A stretch of 32,000 bases of DNA from an uncultured Chloroflexia bacterium (GTDB lineage: Bacteria; Chloroflexota; Ktedonobacteria; Ktedonobacterales; JADMIN01), in NCBI GenBank assembly GCA_963718915.1, contig CAVRAI010000004.1:900001-932000 (forward strand), read 5' to 3'. The notes below the pieces were generated by a model. The model was not told the DNA's origin. It did not search any database and was given only the letters and a program-made list of their open reading frames with translations. Below, in pieces: positions 18,848-27,673 of this stretch (position 1 is the stretch's first letter; every line of letters starts with the position of its first letter). The position numbers were made by a program, and so were the translations under genes.

Positions 18848-20597
18848 TGTCGCAGTCCTTTCGCAGTGCCATGATCGAGTCGGCATCGTCGCTCCATTCA
18901 GCAAAGCCCGCAAGCAGACGCGCTGGCGATGGTTGGCGCGCAACCCGCGCGATATCCTCAGCACGCTGTCGCAATGTCGCCAGCGCTTCGATCAGCGAGA
19001 CGCCACGAAACCTGACGGTATCACCGGGTCGAAGCTGGCCAATCTTCCAGAAATCGGCGCTGATGACAACGGCAGGAACATGATAGCCACCAGTCGTCTG
19101 CGCATCGGCAAGTAGCACGACTGGCTCTCCATCCGGCGGAACCTGCACCGCGCCCCGTGCCAGGCCTTCCGAAAGCACCTCGCCACCCTCCAGGCAAGGA
19201 CCTTCCACCCGCCGGAGCTGGACGCCCATTCGGTCGGAGCGCGCATCCACCGTGAACGCCGCCATAAGTAATCTGTCGAGCGCATTGGGAGAATGCGTCG
19301 CGTGCGATCCCGGTAGGACACGCAAGCGCCAATTGGCGTTGCCAGACAGGCGGCGCATCAGATCGATTGGCAACGTCCGCCCAGCGACATCACTGGGGGT
19401 ATGGGCGCGTGCGAGCGTGTCGCCTGTCCGCAAGACACGGCCATCCAGGCCACCGAGATGTGCGCGCAGGTCTGTCGCGCGGCTGCCCATCACCTTCGGC
19501 AAGGCGACGCCGCCAGCCACACAAAGATAGACACGCACGCCCGAAAATGTTGGCCCAATCGCAAGCGTATCGCCTGTGACCAGCGCGCAAGTTACACCAG
19601 TCGGCGTCTGCCGCTGGTTAACCCGCACAACACACGGCGCGCCAGTGATGGCAACGATACATGGCGCAAGAGCCTCGAACTGCGTGTTGCCGCCCGTGAT
19701 TTCCAGAGCTGCCGCCTCAGAAGAATTAGACAGCAGCGCATTACCAAGCGCAAGCGCGTCGGGATCAGCCGCGCCGGATGCCGTGACGCCGTAGCGCGCG
19801 AACCCGGCACGGCCTTTATCTTGAACCGTCGTCTGCATTCCTGGCTGGAGTACCTGAAGCCACGGTATGGCCCGCAACTTTGCCGCCCGCTGCGGAATTG
19901 GCGTTGCCACTGAAGCCAGGTCGCTGGCTGCTGCGGGATAGAAGCGAACGCGATCTCCAGGACGGAGTAACGATGGCGGGCGCTGTGCCGGGTCGAAGAG
20001 TGGCATGGAGGCGCGACCGAGAATCCGCCAGCCGCCGGGGCTATCAGTCGGATATATGCCTGCCTGGCGGTCAGCGATGGCGACACTGCCGGATGGAACT
20101 TTCCTACGAGGTGTGGATAGTCGCGGGACGGCGAGCGCGCGGGGCAGACCCAGGAGATATGGGAAGCCCGCCAGAAATCCGAGAAAAGCAACGCGATATG
20201 TGGCCGACGAATGCAGATCGATGAGTTCCTGTGGTGTCAGCCCAAGCAGCGTGGCTACGTTGTCGAGGTCGGGGCCATCGTCTCCGCCGTAATGAACCGG
20301 GATGTGGATAATACGTCCGCTGGGTAATGAGACTCTGCCGAGATGGTTGAGTTGGCTCTCGATCACTGTAACCATATCCACTGGGTCGATGAGAAACGGA
20401 TTGAAGCGAATGAGGACCGATGCGTACGCCGGTACAACCTCAACCAGTCCTGGCGGTGGGGTGGAGTCGAGCGCGGCAACGAGCGCTAGCACTCTGCGGG
20501 TCGCGGAGGGTCCGGGATGGCTGCTCAGCCGCACAAGTATCGCGGCGTCGCCTACAATGGTGATCCGCGGCGCGTTCCCTCCCTGCGCTCGCTTCAT
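18837..20597 (-). CDS. fused 5-oxoprolinase subunits B and C (KipI-like plus KipA-like, allophanate hydrolase subunit 1/2 domains)
   Basis: The N-terminal half (ITIVGDAAILVRL...YRVAFLGFLAGFPYLLGLP...GGWRILG) resembles PxpB/KipI. The C-terminal half (LQVLQPGMQTTVQDKGRAGFARYGVTASGAAD...TTGGYHVPAVVISADFWKIGQLRPGD) resembles PxpC/KipA. It is a single 586-aa ORF. Confidence 0.85.
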   Translation of the reverse strand: MKRAQGGNAPRITIVGDAAILVRLSSHPGPSATRRVLALVAALDSTPPPGLVEVVPAYASVLIRFNPFLIDPVDMVTVIESQLNHLGRVSLPSGRIIHIPVHYGGDDGPDLDNVATLLGLTPQELIDLHSSATYRVAFLGFLAGFPYLLGLPRALAVPRLSTPRRKVPSGSVAIADRQAGIYPTDSPGGWRILGRASMPLFDPAQRPPSLLRPGDRVRFYPAAASDLASVATPIPQRAAKLRAIPWLQVLQPGMQTTVQDKGRAGFARYGVTASGAADPDALALGNALLSNSSEAAALEITGGNTQFEALAPCIVAITGAPCVVRVNQRQTPTGVTCALVTGDTLAIGPTFSGVRVYLCVAGGVALPKVMGSRATDLRAHLGGLDGRVLRTGDTLARAHTPSDVAGRTLPIDLMRRLSGNANWRLRVLPGSHATHSPNALDRLLMAAFTVDARSDRMGVQLRRVEGPCLEGGEVLSEGLARGAVQVPPDGEPVVLLADAQTTGGYHVPAVVISADFWKIGQLRPGDTVRFRGVSLIEALATLRQRAEDIARVARQPSPARLLAGFAEWSDDADSIMALRKDCDNGT

Positions 20598-20810
20598 AGA
20601 ATAGGCCCCACTTCTCAGACAGATTGCATGAGGTTGTCTCAGGATCAGTATGGCACATTGGCCAGCTACTATAACTCAGCATATCCTTGCATTTGGAGAG
20701 TTTTGCAACGCAATGATCTGATCGAGTCAACGACACCAGATGGCACGCTTGATGCTGACAAAACAATGTGAATCATGTGTGGTACTGAATCCTTTGGAAG
20801 GCGAAACGTG

Positions 20811-21617
20811 ATGAGTACAGGCGCCGATGTTATTGTGCGTGGCGGTACGGCCCCCGAGTCGCAACTGGTTACCGAGAAGCTGGCGGAGTTCGACAGGATC
20901 TCGGGAGAGGTACTGGCAAACTTCCCGTACGTTCAGGATGTGCACGGGCAGCGCCGTTTCTCGTCGTTCCCGATTCTGGCGACGGTACACTATCTGCACG
21001 CGCTCTGGATATGCAACTGTAAAGATATGCTGCTCAGCGTGCCAGTGACTGGGAGGCGCAGAAAGGGAAGTGACGACCGATTCGAGCGCTACGAGGGACA
21101 GTACGCGCTGGAGTTACTGCGACAATGGCAAGAGGGCAAAACTGCGGACCTGGTCGATTTTCTTGAGTTGAAGCTTGATTATGCGCCATTCGGCCTCATC
21201 ATGCGGAGCTTCGAGGCAGCGGTACAGAACGGGGATCTGGCGCTTTCCCGTCGTCTCGCCCATGGCCGTATGATACTGCTCAATCGCACCCATAATCTCG
21301 TGTGCGCGCTACGCAATATCTTTGCTCTCCTACCAGATAGGCAACTCCGCGAGGTACGCGAAGCCTGCGCGCAGTATGGCCACACGATTGAGCAATGTGA
21401 CGATCAGCTTGTCGCGATGAATTCACCGCTTTACGCCTATCTCCCGCATCCTGGGCTTGCCCGCCGCAATATGCAGATCATGAATGCCCTGGGAATGAAA
21501 ATTGCCGATAATGCGGCTGATCGTCCGGGGAAGCGTACCGCCTCAGTGCAGCGTCCAGCTATGCCGCAGTACGCCTATGCCGACTATGTGGTTGTTGGCG
21601 CCACCACCATGTTGTAA
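20811..21617 (+). CDS. hypothetical protein (predicted all-helical, no recognisable family)
   Basis: ORF 20775..21617, with a likely start at ATG 20811 (MSTGADVIVRGG). The reading frame is clean, but no motif is recognisable by eye. Confidence 0.55.
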   Translation: MSTGADVIVRGGTAPESQLVTEKLAEFDRISGEVLANFPYVQDVHGQRRFSSFPILATVHYLHALWICNCKDMLLSVPVTGRRRKGSDDRFERYEGQYALELLRQWQEGKTADLVDFLELKLDYAPFGLIMRSFEAAVQNGDLALSRRLAHGRMILLNRTHNLVCALRNIFALLPDRQLREVREACAQYGHTIEQCDDQLVAMNSPLYAYLPHPGLARRNMQIMNALGMKIADNAADRPGKRTASVQRPAMPQYAYADYVVVGATTML

Positions 21618-21701
21618 TAAACATCCAAGCAAAGATTGACAAATGCGCCAGGTTAACCGGCTGTTCGGTATGCCCGGCGCTTGCCCTGGGTGCTAAGCTT
21701 T

Positions 21702-22016
21702 TTAACGGTGTCGCATGCCAATTCCCCGGCCACCGGTCAACAAGTGAACCACCAGCAGCAACACGATTGCACCGCCGAGCGCCGTGAGAAACATCCAGAG
21801 GATGTTATTGACGTCAACGCCGATCAATCCCAGCAGAAAACCGCCAAGCAAACCGCCGAGAATACCAACGATGACGTTACCAAGGCAGCCCAGGCGATTA
21901 CCCTGTACCAGTTGATCGGCAATCGCCCCCGCGATTCCCCCAATAACAATCCAGACCAACCACCCCCAAACAGTGCTCAGCAGACCTGCCATAACTATCG
22001 AAAGGGTTGCTAGCAT
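21702..22016 (-). CDS. GlsB/YeaQ/YmgE family stress-response membrane protein
   Basis: ORF 21702..22067. The ATG at 22016 is preceded by GGGAGGTG. The translation contains WIVIGGIAGAIADQLV...GILGGLLGGFLLGLIG, typical of the transglycosylase-associated (YeaQ) family. Confidence 0.8.
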   Translation of the reverse strand: MLATLSIVMAGLLSTVWGWLVWIVIGGIAGAIADQLVQGNRLGCLGNVIVGILGGLLGGFLLGLIGVDVNNILWMFLTALGGAIVLLLVVHLLTGGRGIGMRHR

Positions 22017-22119
22017 CTCGACACCTCCCGCGCTCGCGTCTCGAATGTCTCGCGGCGAGCGCTGCATGCTTTATACGCAAGAGCGGCGCCAGTGGACGGT
22101 CAGCATTAGTGCCGACAAC

Positions 22120-23649
22120 CTATAGGCTCGACGTTCTACTATCGGCTGGTTCGCCCGGTGGGCGGCGCAGTCGGCGGGCAAAATAGAGTGTGCCGAAGAT
22201 AAGCAACGCGCCTAGCGATAGTACGGTGTTCCAGGCTGGTGGGTCGAAGGGATGTCTGGTACTGGCGCCCAGCAGCAAGAGCAGCTGATTGAAGCTCCAG
22301 AGCGCCAGTGAGTAGATCCAGGCGGTGAGAAGGGCGATGAATGCAACTAGACCCAGGAAGCGAAACGTATTCTCGGCGATCCGCCCGTGGAATACAACCA
22401 GCGCGAGGGCAATGACAATGCTGACGGTCGACACCACCACCCATGGCGCGGCGGTTACTAGCAGCACCGCCTCGTCTGCAAGCGACTTGACGCCGTGAAA
22501 GTAGAGCTGGATGTGCGCTGCTGCCTGAGCGACGGCAGCCACCCCCAGGAAGATGAGCGGAGGCCAAAGCACATTGCGCAATGGCAGCAGCAAGCTCTCG
22601 GAAGCGACCTCTGCCGCTGTCGCCTGCCCTCTGCCACCGCCGCGGTTCAGCGCCGCAAGCAGGGTGTCCAGCAACGTCCGCGAAACATGTTCGGAGATTG
22701 CCTGCGTGCTCGATTGCTGCTGGATGGATATAGGTAGCGGTCCTGACTCGCTCGGCTCGCGTGCGACACCGCCCAGGGCGCCCAGCCCGCTGATGGCTCC
22801 CGCTAGCGCCAGTACTAACAGCCCGGTTGGTAAGGCGATTAGGGCAAAGATGGTGTCGATGAAGGTAAGCGTGGGCGGGTCTGTTATGGTCAGACCTGGA
22901 GGCATGCAGTGGCCCAATGGCCATGATACAGTGCACCCATTGGTAGCGACTGTTGAATTGGCCAGATGCCAGAATGTAGCGACGATATCGGGCCGGAAGA
23001 TGATCGCAAGCGCCGCGCAGAGCAGCGCGCCCGCCAGCAAATCACCCGCCACCAGTTGCTGCATACCAGGGAGCCGCTGTATCTGTGTCGCCACGCCCAG
23101 ACCGATATCCACACGCCTGTTTGGAGATAGCCCACGCGCGCGTCGTAACCAGCGCCGCCCCGAATCGAGCGCATAGACGCTGAGCACCCCAAAGTTCAGC
23201 ACGGCATAAAACCAGGGACTGGAGATCAATTGCTCTACGGCGACTCTCAGGTGGAAGAGCTGTTCGAGCAGGGAGTTGAGCAGTTCGCCAAAGGGAATGC
23301 CGTAAAAGAATGTGATGAGGACGATAATCATAGCAATCAGCGTAGTCGCTACGACGGCGAGACGATAGAACCGAACCGAGGCGTCGCGCAGGACTTCCGC
23401 TTCGAGCGTCAATACCAACAGGCAGAGCCAGAGATAAAGGACCCACGGCTGACGGAAGATAACATCATAGGGGTTGTTGCTTTGTGGTTGGCCGAGAAAT
23501 CCTGTCAGCCCCAGCACAATCACGCCGCTGAGTCCGAGCGCGATGATATACCACAGCGGAAAATGCACCAGAAAGGTGCGCCGCTCTTCGTCATAGACAT
23601 CGGTGATAGCATGACGCGCCGACCCCGCCTTGTCTGATTTCCCCTCCAT
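22120..23649 (-). CDS. hypothetical polytopic integral membrane protein (about 510 aa, at least 12 hydrophobic spans)
   Basis: ORF 22120..23703, with a likely start at MEGKSDKAG (23649). It is long and uninterrupted with many hydrophobic helices. It has a Cys-containing loop (NGCTVSWPLGHCMPPG) and a central Gln/Ser-rich loop. No family recognised. Confidence 0.6.
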   Translation of the reverse strand: MEGKSDKAGSARHAITDVYDEERRTFLVHFPLWYIIALGLSGVIVLGLTGFLGQPQSNNPYDVIFRQPWVLYLWLCLLVLTLEAEVLRDASVRFYRLAVVATTLIAMIIVLITFFYGIPFGELLNSLLEQLFHLRVAVEQLISSPWFYAVLNFGVLSVYALDSGRRWLRRARGLSPNRRVDIGLGVATQIQRLPGMQQLVAGDLLAGALLCAALAIIFRPDIVATFWHLANSTVATNGCTVSWPLGHCMPPGLTITDPPTLTFIDTIFALIALPTGLLVLALAGAISGLGALGGVAREPSESGPLPISIQQQSSTQAISEHVSRTLLDTLLAALNRGGGRGQATAAEVASESLLLPLRNVLWPPLIFLGVAAVAQAAAHIQLYFHGVKSLADEAVLLVTAAPWVVVSTVSIVIALALVVFHGRIAENTFRFLGLVAFIALLTAWIYSLALWSFNQLLLLLGASTRHPFDPPAWNTVLSLGALLIFGTLYFARRLRRPPGEPADSRTSSL

Positions 23650-23947
23650 AAACCCTCTCTTTGCCTCGTGGCTGCTGTCACGCTCGCGCGCAAGGCCAAT
23701 CACGTCGCGCTACTCGTACGGTGCTTGCCAACCGCTTGTTGCAAGTCCGGCGCCGTTCATTTCGCGGTTAGCTGTGTTGTCGGTGATTGGCCGACACTAG
23801 TTGGATAGCCTTGCGACGAGTATAGCCCAAGCAGGCCACAAATGAGCGGTTATCGGGCAAAGCGCGGGAAACATGATATGCTGGCGGGGGCATCCACGGA
23901 GCGGCGTGGCTGCGTTTGGTTTCGCAGGCTCGAGGAGGCGGCGCGGC

Positions 23948-26900
23948 ATGTATCTCAAACGGCTTGAGTTGCATGGTTTCAAGAGTTTCGCCCCGCGCAC
24001 TGTGTTGGAGTTTAGCCCCGGAATCACCGCTATTGTTGGTCCGAACGGCAGCGGCAAGTCGAATATCGCAGATGGCATACGCTGGGTGCTTGGCGAGCAG
24101 AGCATGCGCCAGTTGCGCGGCAAACGTAGCGATGACGTGATCTTTGCGGGCGGCCAGGGACGAGGCGCCGCGCAGATGGCCGAGGTGGGTCTTGTGCTGG
24201 ATAACAGCGCGGGCTGGCTGCCATCCGACTATACCGAGGTGACGGTGGCCCGCCGTAGTTTCCGGTCGGGTGACAGTGAATACCTGGCGAATGGGCAGCG
24301 TGTCCGGCTGAAGGATGTGCTGTACCTGTTAGCCCAGGCACGCATTGGCCATGATTCGTACACCGTAATTGGTCAGGGACTCGTCGATCAGGCGCTGAGC
24401 CTTCGCGCCGAGGAACGACGTGGCCTCTTCGAGGATGCCGCTGGCATTCGTCAGTTTCAGGCGCAGCGCAGCGAGGCTGAACAGAAACTGGCGCTCACGC
24501 AGGGCAATCTCTCACGTCTACGGGACATCCTCGGTGAGATCGAGCCACGACTTGCTCCACTTGCCGAGCAGGCGCGGCGGGCGCGAGAATTTGCGGGCGC
24601 TCATGAGGATCTCACACGACTGCTCCGCCAATGGTATCGGCGTCAGTGGACGGATCTCCATGCCGCCAGTGTTGCCGCTGACGCTGCCGAGCGTGACTTT
24701 GAGATGCGGATCGCGCAGCTTCAGGCGCTGCTGGCGGAACAGGATCAGCGTATCACGGCAATTCGTGAGGAACGTGAAGGCCTGCTAGGGCAAATTGCCC
24801 AGGTCAGACGCGAGCGAGGGGCCAGGCTGGATGCCTTGCAGACGGCCGAGCGTGAGTTAGCGGTGGCGCGTGAACGATTGGCTAGCGTCGAAGAACAACA
24901 AGGTGAGCTTGGCGCCGAGCAGGAACAACAGGAAGACGCGATCATAGCTGGACGAGCGCACGCGGAGGCGCTGGAGGCGCAGGTTGCCCAGGCAACCGAA
25001 ACGGTCGATGCCACAGCGCACCGTCTGGAAGGACTCGAACGCGCTGGACACGCCGCACGCCAGGAACAGGAACGCGAGGAAGCACGACTACGGGCGGCGC
25101 AACATGATGTTATCCAGGTGCAGGCCAGGCTTGGCGCGGCACAGACAGAACTGGGACGACTGCAGCGGCAGGTGGGCGAGCGCAATCGCACACTGGCTGC
25201 CCGACGCGACTCGGTTGCGCAGTTGGAGCGCAAACTGGCGGCTGCTGGAGAAACGTTGGAGGCACGTCGAAGCGAATTTGAAGAGGCGCACGGAACAGTC
25301 GAGGATCTGGTAGCTCAGCGTGAACAAATTACCCGTGAAATTGCCGAGGCGCAACTGGATCTGGAGCGGTTGCGCGCTATGATGGGTGACGGCGAGCGAG
25401 AGCGCCGTGCGGTCGCCGACCGACTGGCATTGCTCGAAGAGTGGCGTCGCAACATGGAGGGCTTCAGCGACGGTTTGCGCACATTACTGCAATCCAGTGA
25501 TGACGAGAAGCCTCCGGTGATAGGGGTTGTCTCGCAGCTAATAAGCGTGCCAGCAGGGTTCGAGGCGCCAATCGAGGCGGCAATGGGAAGCTTCCTCCAC
25601 GCGGCGATTCTGCCTACCCGGCGGGATGCGCATGAGGCTGCGCGCTGGCTGCGCGAGCGGAGCGGCGGGCGGGCGACGATGCTCTGGCTCGACGAGCCGA
25701 CGGAAAAGTCGGTGGAGTCAGACATGCCCGAGGCCGACGGCGAGCGATTCTTCGGTTTCGCCCATGACGCCATGCAATGCGCCTCGGAACATCATCAGAT
25801 GCTGGCGCGTGCGCTCAGGGGCGCCTATATTGTACGTGACCTGGCGGTAGTCGCGACCCACTGGGGCAATCAGCCACCGCCCGTGCCCATCGTGACGCTT
25901 GATGGCGAGATGATGCATCCGAGCGGCTGGTTGCGCGGAGGTTCCCGCGTAGCCGGTGGTAATCACGAGGTGAGCCAACTGGGCCGCGAGCGCGAACTGC
26001 GCCAACTTCCAGCGGAAATCGATCGGCTGGCTGCGAAGGTGGAAGAGACACGGAACGAATACGACGGCGCGTTAACCCGCCAGCAGGAGCGCAAGCGGCA
26101 TAATGAGCAACTCGGAGTCGATATCCAGCATGCTGAGGAGACTGCGCAGGAACTTGCGAGAGGGGTGACAGCTCTGCAACGCGAGTTCGAGCGTACCCAG
26201 AGTGAGGCGCATGTCGGCCAGTCGGTCGCCGAGCAACTGGCTGCAGAAGTGATGGGTATCGAGCAGGAGATCGCAGCCACTACGGAGCGCGTCGCGGAGC
26301 AGGAGCGCGCTCAGAAAGAGGCCACTGAGCTCATCGAAGATATCCAGAGCGCGATGGATGACCTGACAGAACGCAACCAGGCGCAACAGGACGAACTGAC
26401 GCAGATGCGCACGACCCTGGCGCTTCAACAGCAGGAGGTTCGTGTGTTAGGCCAGCGGGCTGAACAGGTGCGCGGCCAGGTGCGCGAACTCGAAACACAG
26501 CTTGCCCGCCGCAACGCCCGGATGCAGGCGCTTACCACGCAGCACACAGAACTCGTCGCGTGGATCGAGACGCAAGAGTCCACGATTACCGTGACGCGCG
26601 AGCGCGTGCAGTCGCTCAGCGAGCAATTGCGTGTCTCGGATGCGCGGCAGAACGAACTAGAGCGGCAGGCGCTTGAACTGGAACGCGAACAAAGTGCCGA
26701 GCGACAGGATCTGGCGCGGCTTGAGGTGGAGTATCGGCGCAGTATTGTAGAGGCGCAACGTGCGCGCGACGCCATCGAGACGTTGGCCCAGCAGATGCGC
26801 GAAGATCTCGCCTCGGAAGAGGACGAAGCCGTCGATCCACAGGCGTTGGTTGATGCATTGCTGAGTGGCCAGGCCGATGATTCTAATGCATTAACCACGG

Positions 26901-27619
26901 AAGAGATGAGTAAACTGCGTCGCCAGATAGATCAACTGCGGTCGCGGATCAAGAATCTAGGCGGTTATGATCCCGACGCGCCGCAGGCCTACGAAGAGTT
27001 GAAGACACGCTATGACTTCCTGACCAGCCAGGTACGCGATATGGAACAGGCGTCCGCCAACTTGCGCGGCATCATCACCGAATTGGATGCGACGATGCGG
27101 CGTCAGTTCGAGGAAACCTTCCAGATCGTCAACGAGCGCTTCCAGCGTCACTTCATCGCGCTCTTCCATGGTGGTGCGGCGCGGCTGGAGTTGACGGCGC
27201 CCAGGCGCGACCTGAGTGAGGACGACGAAGACGTCGAGGAGTATGCTGCGCCGAAACGCCCTGGCTTCGGCGGCGTAGAGGTCTACGTGCAGATTCCAGG
27301 CAAAAGGGTTCAGGATCTCTCCCTGCTATCGGGTGGGGAGCGCGCCATGGTCTCGGTAGCGCTCCTGTTTGCTTTGCTCGAAACGAACCCTCCACCATTC
27401 TGTCTTCTGGACGAAGTGGACGCCGCGCTTGACGAAGCGAATGTTGTGCGTTTCTGTGACATCCTTCAGTCGCTTGCCGAGCAGACACAGTTTATCGTAG
27501 TCACCCACAACCGTGTTACGATGACCTATGCCAAAGCGATTTACGGTATCTCGATGGGCGAAAATAGCGTCTCGCGTGTCATTTCGATGCAATTGGCGGA
27601 TATGCCAGTAGCGCAGTAA
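23948..27619 (+). CDS. smc: chromosome segregation protein SMC
   Basis: ORF 23873..27619. The ATG at 23948 is preceded by GAGGAGG. The translation has the N-terminal MYLKRLELHGFKSFA...IVGPNGSGKSNI (Walker A), long coiled coils, a hinge (GVVSQLISV), and the C-terminal LSGGERAMVSVALLFAL...FCLLDEVDAALD (signature plus Walker B). Confidence 0.96.
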   Translation: MYLKRLELHGFKSFAPRTVLEFSPGITAIVGPNGSGKSNIADGIRWVLGEQSMRQLRGKRSDDVIFAGGQGRGAAQMAEVGLVLDNSAGWLPSDYTEVTVARRSFRSGDSEYLANGQRVRLKDVLYLLAQARIGHDSYTVIGQGLVDQALSLRAEERRGLFEDAAGIRQFQAQRSEAEQKLALTQGNLSRLRDILGEIEPRLAPLAEQARRAREFAGAHEDLTRLLRQWYRRQWTDLHAASVAADAAERDFEMRIAQLQALLAEQDQRITAIREEREGLLGQIAQVRRERGARLDALQTAERELAVARERLASVEEQQGELGAEQEQQEDAIIAGRAHAEALEAQVAQATETVDATAHRLEGLERAGHAARQEQEREEARLRAAQHDVIQVQARLGAAQTELGRLQRQVGERNRTLAARRDSVAQLERKLAAAGETLEARRSEFEEAHGTVEDLVAQREQITREIAEAQLDLERLRAMMGDGERERRAVADRLALLEEWRRNMEGFSDGLRTLLQSSDDEKPPVIGVVSQLISVPAGFEAPIEAAMGSFLHAAILPTRRDAHEAARWLRERSGGRATMLWLDEPTEKSVESDMPEADGERFFGFAHDAMQCASEHHQMLARALRGAYIVRDLAVVATHWGNQPPPVPIVTLDGEMMHPSGWLRGGSRVAGGNHEVSQLGRERELRQLPAEIDRLAAKVEETRNEYDGALTRQQERKRHNEQLGVDIQHAEETAQELARGVTALQREFERTQSEAHVGQSVAEQLAAEVMGIEQEIAATTERVAEQERAQKEATELIEDIQSAMDDLTERNQAQQDELTQMRTTLALQQQEVRVLGQRAEQVRGQVRELETQLARRNARMQALTTQHTELVAWIETQESTITVTRERVQSLSEQLRVSDARQNELERQALELEREQSAERQDLARLEVEYRRSIVEAQRARDAIETLAQQMREDLASEEDEAVDPQALVDALLSGQADDSNALTTEEMSKLRRQIDQLRSRIKNLGGYDPDAPQAYEELKTRYDFLTSQVRDMEQASANLRGIITELDATMRRQFEETFQIVNERFQRHFIALFHGGAARLELTAPRRDLSEDDEDVEEYAAPKRPGFGGVEVYVQIPGKRVQDLSLLSGGERAMVSVALLFALLETNPPPFCLLDEVDAALDEANVVRFCDILQSLAEQTQFIVVTHNRVTMTYAKAIYGISMGENSVSRVISMQLADMPVAQ

Positions 27620-27673
27620 GATGCAGCCCGGGGGTTGGTTTTCGGTGGCTTTGCATACATTGTGGGTACATGG

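Noticed and set aside
22139-22936. The 265-aa ORF on the minus strand in a different frame inside the large membrane protein gene, and the + strand ORFs 22553..23176 and 23230..23637.
   Set aside because: They overlap a longer ORF with coherent transmembrane-helix periodicity, and their own translations are Arg/Pro/Ala-rich with no structure.
24030-27592. Long antisense or alternate-frame ORFs within smc: 24745..25233 (-, 162 aa), 25315..25773 (-, 152 aa), 26425..26898 (-, 157 aa) and 25963..26280 (-).
   Set aside because: They are antisense to a clearly real SMC gene. Coiled-coil codons (GAG/GCG/CGC/CAG/CTG) give stop-free reverse frames, and the translations are Ser/Arg/Cys/Ala-rich with no domain features.
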